This document shows positions 48,963 through 58,236 of a DNA stretch of 64,000 nt, in pieces (the first letter of the stretch is position 1; each line of letters starts with the position of its first letter). Origin of the DNA: Candidatus Harrisonbacteria bacterium (lineage in GTDB: Bacteria; Patescibacteriota; Minisyncoccia; UBA6257; UBA11618). Both the position numbers and the translations under genes were made by a program. The stretch lies in the NCBI GenBank assembly GCA_016867415.1, contig VGJO01000001.1:7823-71822 (forward strand), in the 5' to 3' direction. The notes beneath the pieces are model-generated. The model saw nothing but the letters and a program-made list of their open reading frames with translations, ran no database searches and had not been told where the DNA came from.

Positions 48963-50714
48963 ATGGGAGTTATCGAAGAAAAGTTAAAGCGCATGAAGCG
49001 TGAAGCCGAAGAGCGCCAAGTCGCCTATCTTGCTCTTACTCATAATTTTAATTATCAAGATCCGAAGGATTTGATTATTAAAACCGAAATAAAAAATATT
49101 TTTGAAAAAAATAGAGAAAGCTTTACTCATGCTCTTCCCTTGCAATTCGCCGACAATCGTCTCGTCTGTGCAATAAAAAATCCATCCGATTGGCAAGCCG
49201 TTTCTATTCCTACCCATATTCTCCCTTTAGGCGCCCCGCCTACTGCCGTCCTCGTCTCCACGACTACCTTCACGGAATTAAAAAATCAATTATCCGATGA
49301 GCCTAATGGAGGATCAGAAGAAAAATCAGAAAGTGAGACACATAATGAGGAAAAACCCGTTCTTCTTCCCGACACTCTTCTTCCCGCTTCAAAAGAGACG
49401 CCTTCGGAAGGAGAGTTAGAAAAAGAAAAGGAATATGAGTTTAATCCAAAAAATCTTTTCGCTTCCATTAAAAGCCTTTTTGATCTCCGCGATTTCTTTG
49501 CCCGGGAAAAAAATGTAATTTCCATCACCGATCTTGTTGGTATTCTTCTTGTAAGCGGAGTTTCTTTAGGCGCCTCTGATATTCACCTTGAAGCGGGAAG
49601 AGATGCTTTTAAAGTTCGCTACCGCCTCGATGGCCGCCTCCTCGACGCTCTTGATAATCTTGAGTACAACTATCACAATCTTGTCACCCGTATAAAACTT
49701 CTCGGTGGGCTTAAAATTGATATCACTGCCCGTCCCCAAGATGGCCACTTCTCTTTCAGTATTGGTGATCGCGCCGTTGATTTCCGCGTCTCCTCGATTC
49801 CTACCGAACTTGGTGAAAATATTGTTCTCCGCATTCTCGATCCGCAATCGATTAAAGTATCCTTAAACGATCTTGGTCTCCGCCCTGATGATCTCATAAT
49901 TATCAAAAAATATATTAAGGCGCCCAATGGCTTGATTGCTCTCACTGGACCTACTGGTTCTGGTAAGACTACTACTCTCTACAGTTTCTTAGAGGAACGT
50001 AAAACTGATTCGGTAAAAATTATCACCATTGAAGATCCAATCGAGTATCATGTAGGCGGTATTGAGCAGACTGAAGTGAATATCTCCTCGGGTTATACCT
50101 TCGCTTCCGGCCTTTCCGCCATCCTCCGCCAGGATCCTGATATTATCTTCGTCGGTGAGATTCGCGACAATAAGACCGCTGATATTGCTCTCCAAGCCGC
50201 TCTCACTGGTCACCTTGTCTTTACGACCGTCCACGCCAACGATGCTGCAGGCGCGATTCCTCGTTTTATAAATCTTGGCGCCATTCCACTCGTCTTAGGG
50301 CCAGCTCTTAGGATTATAATTGCCGAACGTCTCCTCCGTCGCCTCTGTCCTTATTGTAAAAAAGAGCAGGTACTTTCTCCGGAGTTTTTGGCTCAGTTAC
50401 AATCTTTAATAAAAGGATTACCATCTAGGGTAATTCGATCTCACGATAGTCCTTTTTCAGTATTTGAGCCCGTTGGTTGTGATAAGTGTAATGGCGAAGG
50501 TTTTAAAGGCCGCATCGGCATCTTCGAGCTCATCGAGCGCACGCCCGATCTTGAATCAGCGATTGAGCGTGGAGCAGGGGAGTCCGAACTTCGCATTATT
50601 GCCAAGAAAAATAGTTTCGTCAGCATGCAGGAAGATGGCCTCCTTAAAGTTCTCTCAGGTATCACAAGCCTCTCCGAACTCGAACTCACAACCGGCCCCC
50701 TTTCCCTCGAATAA
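48963..50714 (+). CDS. GspE/PilB-type pilus assembly ATPase
   Basis: ASDIHLE, RPQDG, TGPTGSGKTTTLY, TIEDPIEY, LRQDPD, GEIRD, TGHLV, tetracysteine motif. Confidence 0.95.
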   Translation: MGVIEEKLKRMKREAEERQVAYLALTHNFNYQDPKDLIIKTEIKNIFEKNRESFTHALPLQFADNRLVCAIKNPSDWQAVSIPTHILPLGAPPTAVLVSTTTFTELKNQLSDEPNGGSEEKSESETHNEEKPVLLPDTLLPASKETPSEGELEKEKEYEFNPKNLFASIKSLFDLRDFFAREKNVISITDLVGILLVSGVSLGASDIHLEAGRDAFKVRYRLDGRLLDALDNLEYNYHNLVTRIKLLGGLKIDITARPQDGHFSFSIGDRAVDFRVSSIPTELGENIVLRILDPQSIKVSLNDLGLRPDDLIIIKKYIKAPNGLIALTGPTGSGKTTTLYSFLEERKTDSVKIITIEDPIEYHVGGIEQTEVNISSGYTFASGLSAILRQDPDIIFVGEIRDNKTADIALQAALTGHLVFTTVHANDAAGAIPRFINLGAIPLVLGPALRIIIAERLLRRLCPYCKKEQVLSPEFLAQLQSLIKGLPSRVIRSHDSPFSVFEPVGCDKCNGEGFKGRIGIFELIERTPDLESAIERGAGESELRIIAKKNSFVSMQEDGLLKVLSGITSLSELELTTGPLSLE

Positions 50715-50907
50715 AAAAATCCCCAAGAAACTTCTTCTAAGAAGGGAAATCTTTTTGATAAATCCACCGAGAAAATTTTATTTTTTCTTTCGTCACATCA
50801 TCACCCAGCGTAAGCGAAGTATTTTTATTTTATCTTCTCGTATTTATATGAACATAAAAGAATTTTCAATTTATTTCATCAGTGCTGGCGTACAATACGT
50901 AAAAGTA

Positions 50908-51072
50908 TAGGATTTTTCCTTAGGGCTAGGGGAAAGAGAATAATAAGAGGAGGTATACTGGGCTAATGTATTTACTGCAAGTAGTGAGTGCTCTCTCTGG
51001 TGTAGGCCCCAAGTACTCGAGGTATAAGACGAGAAATCAGAGCCTCTGATAATGCCCTAAAGAAAAAAATAG
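50908..51072 (+). repeat. Family 1 subtype b element with internal insertion
   Basis: AGGATTTTTCCTTAGGGCTAGGGGAAAG..GAGGAGGTATAC...GACGAGAAATCAGAGC...GCCCTAAAGAAAAAAAT parallels copy E. Confidence 0.7.
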
Positions 51073-51085
51073 TAAAGATGAATAA

Positions 51086-51275
51086 AGGCCATTGATCTGT
51101 GGGCACAGTCACGAAATATAAATATATGTGACATAACCAATTCCCTTTTAATAAATAAAAGAGTTAGAATCTCCTTGAGGAGTAGCCCAGCCGAAACCAA
51201 GCTATCCGGGTGCTAAAAGAAATTCCCGCCCACAGATCAATAGCCTCTATTTCTAGTGATTTTCAAGCTCCTAAC
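51086..51275 (-). ncRNA. Candidate structured ncRNA (~190 nt)
   Basis: 19-bp closing helix (51086-51104/51228-51246) enclosing four hairpins including UAGCUUGGU-UUCG-GCUGGGCUA; G-U pairs form only on the minus strand; promoter directly upstream. Confidence 0.6.
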
Positions 51276-51281
51276 CATTTG

Positions 51282-51310
51282 ATCATAGCATAGTAAAATT
51301 CATTTGTCAA
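51282..51310 (-). promoter_or_regulatory. sigma70 promoter
   Basis: Minus strand TTGACA-N17-TATGAT with extended TG; followed by boxA-like GAGCTTGAAAAT. Confidence 0.75.
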
Positions 51311-51479
51311 TAATTCCGCCTTTTTTTAAAAAAAACTATAAAAACTGGAAAATGAGTTTTTCCTTCATTTCTTCCTTAATTTTCCTAAAAACATTACACT
51401 CTAAAAAAGCCGAAGCGGAGAAAACGTGATTTTTTGTAATCAAAATATTTTTCGTTCTACGAGCACTAAAAAGGAAAAC

Positions 51480-52460
51480 ATGGATAACATAACTGTTGAT
51501 ACCCTTTTAAGGCCTACCGACTGGAATGACTACATTGGCCAAGAAAAAGTGAAAAAAAACCTCCGGATCATCATCGACGCCGCCAAAAAACGCGGTGAAT
51601 CCGCCGACCACCTTCTCTTTCATGGTCAAGCCGGCTTAGGCAAGACTACCTTGGCTCACCTTGTTGCTCATGATCTTCAGGCTAATTTAAAGATCACCAC
51701 CGGCCCCGCCTTAGAAAAAATGGGAGATCTTGCCGCTGTGCTAAGCAATCTTGAAGATCGCGATGTCCTTTTTATCGACGAGATTCACCGACTCAACAAA
51801 TCAATTGAAGAGGTGCTCTACCCGGCCATGGAGAGCCGCAAGCTTCATATTATTGTTGGAAAGGGTCCTGGCGCCCGCACCGTCTCCCTTGATCTCCCTC
51901 CTTTCACCATCATCGCCGCTACGACCAAGCCCCATCTTGTCTCCGGGCCACTCCGTTCTCGCTTTGGCGCCAGCTTCAAACTCGATTTTTACGAACTTAC
52001 TGATATTGAGCGGATTATCGCTCGCTCCGCTGAGACTCTTTCCTTATCTATCGACCCTGAGGCTATTCATGAGCTTGCACTTGCTTCCCGAGCTACTCCT
52101 CGCGTTGCCAACCGGCTCTTAAAGCGCGTCCGTGACTACGCCGAGGTCCATAACCATTCCATAATTAATAAAGAAGTAGTAAGAAAAACTCTTGAAGTTC
52201 TTGATATTGATTCTATTGGCCTCGAGCCTATGGACCGGCGTCTCATCGAGCTTATTATCTCTAATTTCAACGGCGGGCCCGTCGGCGTTAATTCTCTTGC
52301 CGCCGCCTTGAACGATGACGTGGGAAATATCGAAGACGTCTATGAGCCTTTCCTTATTTCTCTTGGATTTCTTATCCGTACCCCTTCTGGAAGGATTGCG
52401 ACCGACGCCGCCTATCACCACCTTGGTCTTCCCGAGAAAGAAAATCGCTTCATTAAATAA
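51480..52460 (+). CDS. ruvB: Holliday junction branch migration helicase RuvB
   Basis: LRP..DYIGQ, GLGKTTLA, FIDEIHRL, LYPAME, RATPRVANRLL, GGPVG. Confidence 0.97.
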   Translation: MDNITVDTLLRPTDWNDYIGQEKVKKNLRIIIDAAKKRGESADHLLFHGQAGLGKTTLAHLVAHDLQANLKITTGPALEKMGDLAAVLSNLEDRDVLFIDEIHRLNKSIEEVLYPAMESRKLHIIVGKGPGARTVSLDLPPFTIIAATTKPHLVSGPLRSRFGASFKLDFYELTDIERIIARSAETLSLSIDPEAIHELALASRATPRVANRLLKRVRDYAEVHNHSIINKEVVRKTLEVLDIDSIGLEPMDRRLIELIISNFNGGPVGVNSLAAALNDDVGNIEDVYEPFLISLGFLIRTPSGRIATDAAYHHLGLPEKENRFIK

Positions 52461-52471
52461 ATACTTCCCAC

Positions 52472-52900
52472 ATGATAAAAAATTTCCACTCTGATTCTCT
52501 TTCTGACACTGATGTAATTGCCGGGGAAATCCTCTCCGAATTTCCCGCTCGTATCTACGCACTTATTGGTGACCTTGGTTCCGGTAAGACCACTCTTGCT
52601 AAATCCCTTCTCTACAGAGCTGGAGTAAAAGACGAGGTCACGAGCCCTACCTTTATTATCTTTAAAAAATATCCAGTCGGCGACCGTATATACCTGCACA
52701 TGGATTGTTACCGTCTAGAGTCCCTTGAAGAACTCAAGCCTCTTCACTTTAAAAAAGAATTGGCCGACCCTAAAAATATCTGTATTATTGAGTGGGCTGA
52801 TAAAATAGAAGAAATTCTCCCCAAAGACCGAGTGGAAATCCGTTGCACCCCCGGCCCCCACCCCGACTCCCGAATCTTCACAGTTATTCAACTTCCTTAA
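52472..52900 (+). CDS. tsaE: tRNA threonylcarbamoyladenosine biosynthesis ATPase TsaE
   Basis: GDLGSGKTT, VTSPTF, HMDCYRL, IEW. Confidence 0.95.
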   Translation: MIKNFHSDSLSDTDVIAGEILSEFPARIYALIGDLGSGKTTLAKSLLYRAGVKDEVTSPTFIIFKKYPVGDRIYLHMDCYRLESLEELKPLHFKKELADPKNICIIEWADKIEEILPKDRVEIRCTPGPHPDSRIFTVIQLP

Positions 52901-52962
52901 TTCGCTACATTTTTAGACAAGTTTAAATTAGAGGAGGTATTTAAAAATCGTTGCATCACACA

Positions 52963-53083
52963 TGCGCAGGATTTTTGAGAAGAGTTTGGATTTTCTTTAC
53001 GAGTACCGAACGGAGCATGCTCTAAAAGTCTGTGAGTACGGAACACAGTAAAAAAATTCAAAATATTCCAAAAATACAAGCTT
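52963..53083 (+). repeat. Dispersed hairpin element family 1, copy D
   Basis: TGCGCAGGATTTTTGAGAAG..TTTGGATTTTCTTTACGAGTACCGAACGGAGCATGC-loop-GTCTGTGAGTACGGAAC..GTAAAAAAATTCAAA..CAAAAATACAAGC. Confidence 0.85.
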
Positions 53084-53089
53084 AACCCC

Positions 53090-53962
53090 ATGAAAAAGAC
53101 TCTTATTTTAATAGATACTTTCGGCCTAGTCTTTCGCTTCTTCTTCGCCCTGCCGCCCTTAAGTACCAAAGATGGCCGCGTCGTAAATGTCGTCTTCGGC
53201 CTCGCCAATCTCCTCCTTAAAATTCGCAAAGAACAGCACCCTGATTATTTAGCCGCCGCCTTTGATCTCCCTGCCCCTACTTTCCGGGATAAGCTCTATG
53301 ATCAGTATAAGATTCACCGTCCCACTCCGCCGAATGATCTGATTTCTCAAATTCCGCTCGTACGCAAACTTCTCGAGATTTTCCGTATCCCCATCCTTTC
53401 TGCTGAGGGTTTTGAAGCTGATGATGTTTTAGGGAGTGTTACTGAAAAATTTCTCTCCGAGCCGAATCTTATTCAGATTATTTTCTCTGGCGACAAAGAT
53501 CTTCTTCAGCTTATTAAGGACGATAAAGTGCTGGTTAAATTTTTAAAAAAAGGTATTTCGGACAGCGATTTATATAATGAATCTTCCGTAGTCAGTCACT
53601 TAGGTGTCGCCCCGAAAGCCATCCCTGATCTTAAAGGTCTTCTAGGGGACTCTTCCGATAATCTTCCTGGTGTAAAAGGAATAGGGGATAAGACCGCCGT
53701 CCCACTCATCCTTAAATATGGATCCTTAGAAAAAGTATACGAAAATCTCTGGGAAATTCCGGAAAAAATCAGTAAGAAACTCGAAGTTGGTAAAGAATCC
53801 GCTTTTATTACTAAAGAACTTGCTACTATAAGAAAAGATGTCCCACTCTCTTTATCTTTAGAGAATCTTAAAAATTATCCACTTGATAAGGCAGCTCTCG
53901 GTACCTTTTTTCATGAACTCGATTTCATTAGTCTTGAAAATAAGTTGTCTTTTACAGATTAA
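53090..53962 (+). CDS. 5'-3' exonuclease (PolA N-terminal domain as a separate gene)
   Basis: LID..FRFFFALP, GFEADDVLG, SGDKDLLQL, GDSSDNLPGVKGIGDKTA. Confidence 0.93.
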   Translation: MKKTLILIDTFGLVFRFFFALPPLSTKDGRVVNVVFGLANLLLKIRKEQHPDYLAAAFDLPAPTFRDKLYDQYKIHRPTPPNDLISQIPLVRKLLEIFRIPILSAEGFEADDVLGSVTEKFLSEPNLIQIIFSGDKDLLQLIKDDKVLVKFLKKGISDSDLYNESSVVSHLGVAPKAIPDLKGLLGDSSDNLPGVKGIGDKTAVPLILKYGSLEKVYENLWEIPEKISKKLEVGKESAFITKELATIRKDVPLSLSLENLKNYPLDKAALGTFFHELDFISLENKLSFTD

Positions 53963-53979
53963 ATTCTATATTCAAATAA

Positions 53980-55278
53980 ATGTTTGAAGAAGAAAAACAA
54001 AAAATAGCTAATTGGCTTTTAAACCCCGATCATCCAGAGTCTCTTTCTTTAGAAGAAGCGGAGGAAAGGCTTCGCACTCTTTCTCTGTGGAAAGTGTACG
54101 AAGAAATTGAAGTGCCTTTATTCCCGATTTTAAAAGACATGTCAGCGACCGGCATTCGTCTCGATCATAGTCGTCTTGCTTCGCTCGCTAAAGAATTAAA
54201 AGATGAGATTGCTAAAGAAACCAAGGAGATTTTTGCCTTAGCTGGTGGGGAATTTAATCTTAATTCTCCCAAGCAGGTTGCAGATATCCTTTTTACTAAT
54301 CTCGGCTTAAAGCCGTTGAAAAAAAACAGTAAATCCGGCACCTCCTCCACCGATTATGAAACTTTAGTGAGTCTTAAGGCTGCCCACCCCATCGTCGAGC
54401 ATCTCCTTAAATCCCGAGAGCTTATAAAAATAGAAGGCACGTACGTAAGTAAACTCCTTTCTGCTCCCGAGCGCATTCATGCGGTTTTTAATCAGATGGG
54501 CGCCGCTACTGGCCGCTTCAGTTCCCACGACCCTAACATGCAAAATATTCCTCCAGTAGTGAAGCAGGTGTTTATTCCTAGCGATGGCTTTACTTTTGTC
54601 TCCCTCGATTATTCTCAAATCGAACTTCGCTTAATCGCTAGTCTTTCAGGGGATGAGACGATGATTGCTGCTTTCAAGAAAGGCATAGATATTCATCGCC
54701 TTACCGCCTCTAAGATATTCAAAATTCCCCTGCAAGAAGTAGATGATAGAATGCGCGGGATGGCGAAGACTTTAAACTTTGGCATTATCTATGGCATGGG
54801 CAGCGTTGCTTTTAGTAAACAAGCTGGCGTCACCCGCAAGGAAGCCGAAGCATTCATTAAAGAATATTTCAAAAATTTCAGCGCCATTAAAAACTATGAA
54901 GAAGATATTGTGATGCAAGCCTTGCAAGTCGGTTATACCGAGAATATTCATGGTCGTAAACGTTTCCTTCCTGACCTGGCTTCAAGAAATTCTTTCTTGG
55001 CAAATAATGCTCGCCGAGCCGCTATTAATATGCCGGTCCAAAGTCTTGGTGCTGATGTCATCAAGCTCGCCATGATTAAGTTTTGGGAAAAGTACCATGC
55101 CAACAGCTCAGTAAAACTTCTTCTTTCTATTCACGATGAACTTCTTTTTGAAATAAAAGACAGCAAGATAGATTTAGTGATTCCTGATCTAATAAAAATT
55201 ATGGAAAGCGTCCTCTCTCTTTCTGTTCCTCTAAAAGTAGATGTAGCTAAAGGAAAACGCTGGTCTGATCTCTCGTAA
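53980..55278 (+). CDS. polA: Family A DNA polymerase domain (split PolA)
   Basis: ATGRFSSHDPNMQNIP, DYSQIELR, AKTLNFGIIYG, AINMPVQ, IHDELL. Confidence 0.93.
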   Translation: MFEEEKQKIANWLLNPDHPESLSLEEAEERLRTLSLWKVYEEIEVPLFPILKDMSATGIRLDHSRLASLAKELKDEIAKETKEIFALAGGEFNLNSPKQVADILFTNLGLKPLKKNSKSGTSSTDYETLVSLKAAHPIVEHLLKSRELIKIEGTYVSKLLSAPERIHAVFNQMGAATGRFSSHDPNMQNIPPVVKQVFIPSDGFTFVSLDYSQIELRLIASLSGDETMIAAFKKGIDIHRLTASKIFKIPLQEVDDRMRGMAKTLNFGIIYGMGSVAFSKQAGVTRKEAEAFIKEYFKNFSAIKNYEEDIVMQALQVGYTENIHGRKRFLPDLASRNSFLANNARRAAINMPVQSLGADVIKLAMIKFWEKYHANSSVKLLLSIHDELLFEIKDSKIDLVIPDLIKIMESVLSLSVPLKVDVAKGKRWSDLS

Positions 55279-55312
55279 TAATCTGGTACAATACAAGGTG
55301 AACTAGTTTTTT

Positions 55313-55370
55313 TCATTCCGGACTCGCTGTGCTCCGCTGAAGCTTCAGCGTAAGTAGGATTAGGAATCTA
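55313..55370 (+). repeat. Family 3 palindrome interrupted by a CGCTGAAGCTTCAGCG palindrome
   Basis: TCATTCCGGACTCG[...CGCTGAAGCTTCAGCG...]ATTAGGAATCTA. Confidence 0.55.
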
Positions 55371-55389
55371 TGTAAATAATTAACTCCAC

Positions 55390-56511
55390 ATGAGTTTTTT
55401 TTCTAAAAAATCCCCCCCTTCCCCTCCTTGGAGCTTTGAAAAAGGTGCTCTTCTCTCTCTTCTTGAAGCGCTCGATGTAAACGCCGCCATTGTCTATGCG
55501 CCGGATTTTACCATTCTTTCTGTAAACTCCACCGCCGAAAAAATTTTTTCCATTAAAAAAGAAGATCTTGTTGGTAAGATTTTTTCTCTTGATATTGCAA
55601 AGAATTTTCCTTCTAGGCTCTTTGCCGAGGTTATGTATATCTCTTTGGCACCAAGCGTTATCCGACATTCTGATCCAGGAGTTTTCCCACAAATTCTTGA
55701 GCTTTCCTTAGAAAATCCGCAAAGAAATCTGAGAGTTGTGACGAGCGAGATTCGTGATGGAGAGGGAAGACTCTGGGGTTTTGTGAAGGTGGTGAGTGAT
55801 AGCACGGAGACCGTGGCCTTGAGCCGGGCAAAGAGTGACTTTATTGCCATTGCCGCTCACCAACTTCGGACGCCTACGATTGCCGTCAGTTGGGCTATTG
55901 ATTCTCTTATCTCCGCTTTAGGGAATCCCGCTGACAAGGAAATCGCTATGATAGCCAAGACTGCTACGCAAAATCTCTTAAAGATCATCAATGATCTCCT
56001 TCGTGCCGCCGAGATTGATGAGGGTCGTTTCGGCTACGAGTTTGCCGAGTTTGATCTTATTCCTTTCTTAGAAAAAATTCTTTTAGACGCCGAGCTCATT
56101 AGTCGGGAATTTGGCGTGAGACTCTACTTTAAAAAAGCTATTGAAGATAAAGTGCTTATAAAAGGGAACAGTACTCAGCTTGGTCTCTGCTTTGCCTCCT
56201 TGATCGATAATGCGATTAAGTACAATGTGAAAAATGGCGAGGTCTGGGTTGGAGCTAGACCTACTCCCGATAATAAGTACATTGAAGTCGCTATCAAAGA
56301 CACTGGCGTGGGTATCTCTGATGAAGATCAGAAAAAAATCTTTACTAAATTTTTCCGAGCTCCAAGCGTAGTCAAAGCGGAAACTACCGGCAGCGGACTC
56401 GGCCTCTATTTAGCCAAAAATATCATTGAGCGCCATGGTGGTACAATCTCTTTTACTTCCATCCTCGGCCGAGGCACCACCTTCTTGATTAAGTTGCCCT
56501 TAGCCTTATAA
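55390..56511 (+). CDS. Cytoplasmic PAS-domain sensor histidine kinase
   Basis: PAS-like N-terminus, AAHQLRTP, DNAIKYN, DTGVGI, GSGLGL; no TM segment. Confidence 0.93.
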   Translation: MSFFSKKSPPSPPWSFEKGALLSLLEALDVNAAIVYAPDFTILSVNSTAEKIFSIKKEDLVGKIFSLDIAKNFPSRLFAEVMYISLAPSVIRHSDPGVFPQILELSLENPQRNLRVVTSEIRDGEGRLWGFVKVVSDSTETVALSRAKSDFIAIAAHQLRTPTIAVSWAIDSLISALGNPADKEIAMIAKTATQNLLKIINDLLRAAEIDEGRFGYEFAEFDLIPFLEKILLDAELISREFGVRLYFKKAIEDKVLIKGNSTQLGLCFASLIDNAIKYNVKNGEVWVGARPTPDNKYIEVAIKDTGVGISDEDQKKIFTKFFRAPSVVKAETTGSGLGLYLAKNIIERHGGTISFTSILGRGTTFLIKLPLAL

Positions 56512-56521
56512 TTCCAGGGCA

Positions 56522-57373
56522 ATGCCCGAGCTTCCCGAAGTTGAAACCACTGTCCGTGACCTAAAAAGAATTCTCATCGGCCGGAAAATTACCTCCGTCT
56601 GGTTTGATGTGCCTAAATTCAAATCCATCGCTAAGACCAAAGGCTTAAAGATCGAAGGAATCACTCGCCAAGGGAAAAACATCCTCTTTTCTTTAAGTGG
56701 AGGTCATGTCCTTCTCGTCCATATGAAGATGACCGGCCATCTCCTTCTAGGGAAGTGGCGGATAGGCAAAAAAGGCGTTGAGCCCATCTCACCTGCCGTT
56801 ATTAAAGAGCGGGTGAATAGCTATATTCACTTCATCCTCTCCTTTGATAAAGGGCCGATGCTCGGCTTTTCTGATCTTAGAAAATTTGGGAATGTTAAAT
56901 TTGGCAAGGCTGATAGTGTTGCTGCTGGAAAAGATCTCACCTCTCTCGGTCCCGACGTTCTTATAGTTGATTCTAAAGTATTCAGTGATCGTATCCGCGC
57001 TCGCAAGAAAAAGATCTACCAAATCCTCCTCGATCAGACCGTCATCTCCGGCCCGGGAAATATTTATGTGAACGAATCCCTTTTTCTTTCCGGCATTCAT
57101 CCGGAGACCGTGTCTTCTCAAATTTCTCCAGCGCTCCTAAAGCGCCTCCATAGTAAGCTCGCTGAGATTCTTACAGTGGGAGTCAATCTCGGCGGTACCT
57201 CTCTTGATGATTATCGCCGCCCAAACGGAGAAAGGGGATTCTTTGGTAATAAAATCCAGATCTATGGCCGAGAAAAGCTTCCTTGTATGGTTTGCGGTAC
57301 TATTATTATGAGAAAAAAGATCGGCGCCCGCTCTGCCTTCTTCTGTCTCAAATGCCAAAAACCAAAAAGATAA
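56522..57373 (+). CDS. mutM: Formamidopyrimidine-DNA glycosylase
   Basis: MPELPEVET, HMKMTG, DLRKFG, LLDQ..GNIY, C-terminal zinc finger. Confidence 0.96.
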   Translation: MPELPEVETTVRDLKRILIGRKITSVWFDVPKFKSIAKTKGLKIEGITRQGKNILFSLSGGHVLLVHMKMTGHLLLGKWRIGKKGVEPISPAVIKERVNSYIHFILSFDKGPMLGFSDLRKFGNVKFGKADSVAAGKDLTSLGPDVLIVDSKVFSDRIRARKKKIYQILLDQTVISGPGNIYVNESLFLSGIHPETVSSQISPALLKRLHSKLAEILTVGVNLGGTSLDDYRRPNGERGFFGNKIQIYGREKLPCMVCGTIIMRKKIGARSAFFCLKCQKPKR

Positions 57374-57376
57374 TGA

Positions 57377-57404
57377 TCATTCCGGACTCCGAGCCGGAAT
57401 CTAG
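57377..57404 (+). repeat. REP/RPE-like short palindrome (family 3)
   Basis: TCATTCCGGACTCCGAGCCGGAATCTAG. Confidence 0.75.
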
Positions 57405-57416
57405 TTCTTACTTAAT

Positions 57417-58184
57417 ATGATTTTCCTTCTCTACGGCACCGACTCTTATAAAAAAGAGGAAAACCTCCAAGTCATAGTCTCGGAGTTTAAGCGCCGCCAC
57501 GGCAACCCCCTCACCATCAACTTCTTTGACGACAAAAATACCGATCTCGAGTCCGAGCTTCTCTCTCATGCCCGGAGCCAATCCCTCTTCAGCGCTCCGC
57601 GGGCTCTTATCCTTCGCGAGCCCTTTGCCCTCAAAAAAGACGCGCTTCTTATTCCTATATTCAAGCAAGCGATTGATGACCCTAAGCTCATCCTGATTCT
57701 AGTAAGCGAAGCCGCTCCTGATAAAAAATTATCCTTCCTCTTAGAAAAGCCAGTGGTGGTAAAAAGCTACGAGATCCCCGAAGGCAAAGCCTGGCTTGAT
57801 TATGTTCTCCGCGAGATGAAAAAAAGAGGAGTAGAGCCAAAGAAGGGGATAGAGAGGACTCTTGCCACCTATTTTGTGGGCGACCCTTGGGGTCTCGTGA
57901 CCGAGCTTGATAAGCTCTCCCTTGGCGCCTCTCTCGGTAATTATGAGCTTGATACCGCCGGCCTTTTTAACCAAATATTCAGCCTCCGCCCCAGTGCCCG
58001 CTCTCCTCGCAGCCGCCTCGCCACCCTTTACAAGCTATTAAAAAAAGAAGACGCCGCCAAAGTCTTCAATCTCCTCGCCTATCAAAAAGGTGGTCTCCCA
58101 AAAAGCTTTTTCGCCCACGAAGACGTCCTAATCAAGCTCGGTAAGACCGATCACTCCCTCTCCCTCCTTAAAGCCATTTTATAG
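57417..58184 (+). CDS. DNA polymerase III delta subunit-like (HolA)
   Basis: MIFLLYGTDSY, SLFS, ELDKL, DVLIKLG; lies convergent with rpsT, a common holA context. Confidence 0.75.
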   Translation: MIFLLYGTDSYKKEENLQVIVSEFKRRHGNPLTINFFDDKNTDLESELLSHARSQSLFSAPRALILREPFALKKDALLIPIFKQAIDDPKLILILVSEAAPDKKLSFLLEKPVVVKSYEIPEGKAWLDYVLREMKKRGVEPKKGIERTLATYFVGDPWGLVTELDKLSLGASLGNYELDTAGLFNQIFSLRPSARSPRSRLATLYKLLKKEDAAKVFNLLAYQKGGLPKSFFAHEDVLIKLGKTDHSLSLLKAIL

Positions 58185-58188
58185 AAAC

Positions 58189-58214
58189 AAAAAACCCGCA
58201 CACAAGGTGCGGGG
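58189..58214 (-). terminator. Intrinsic terminator of rpsT
   Basis: Minus strand CCCGCAC-CTTGT-GTGCGGG-TTTTT. Confidence 0.75.
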
Positions 58215-58236
58215 AAAAACGAAAGTCTGAACTCTT

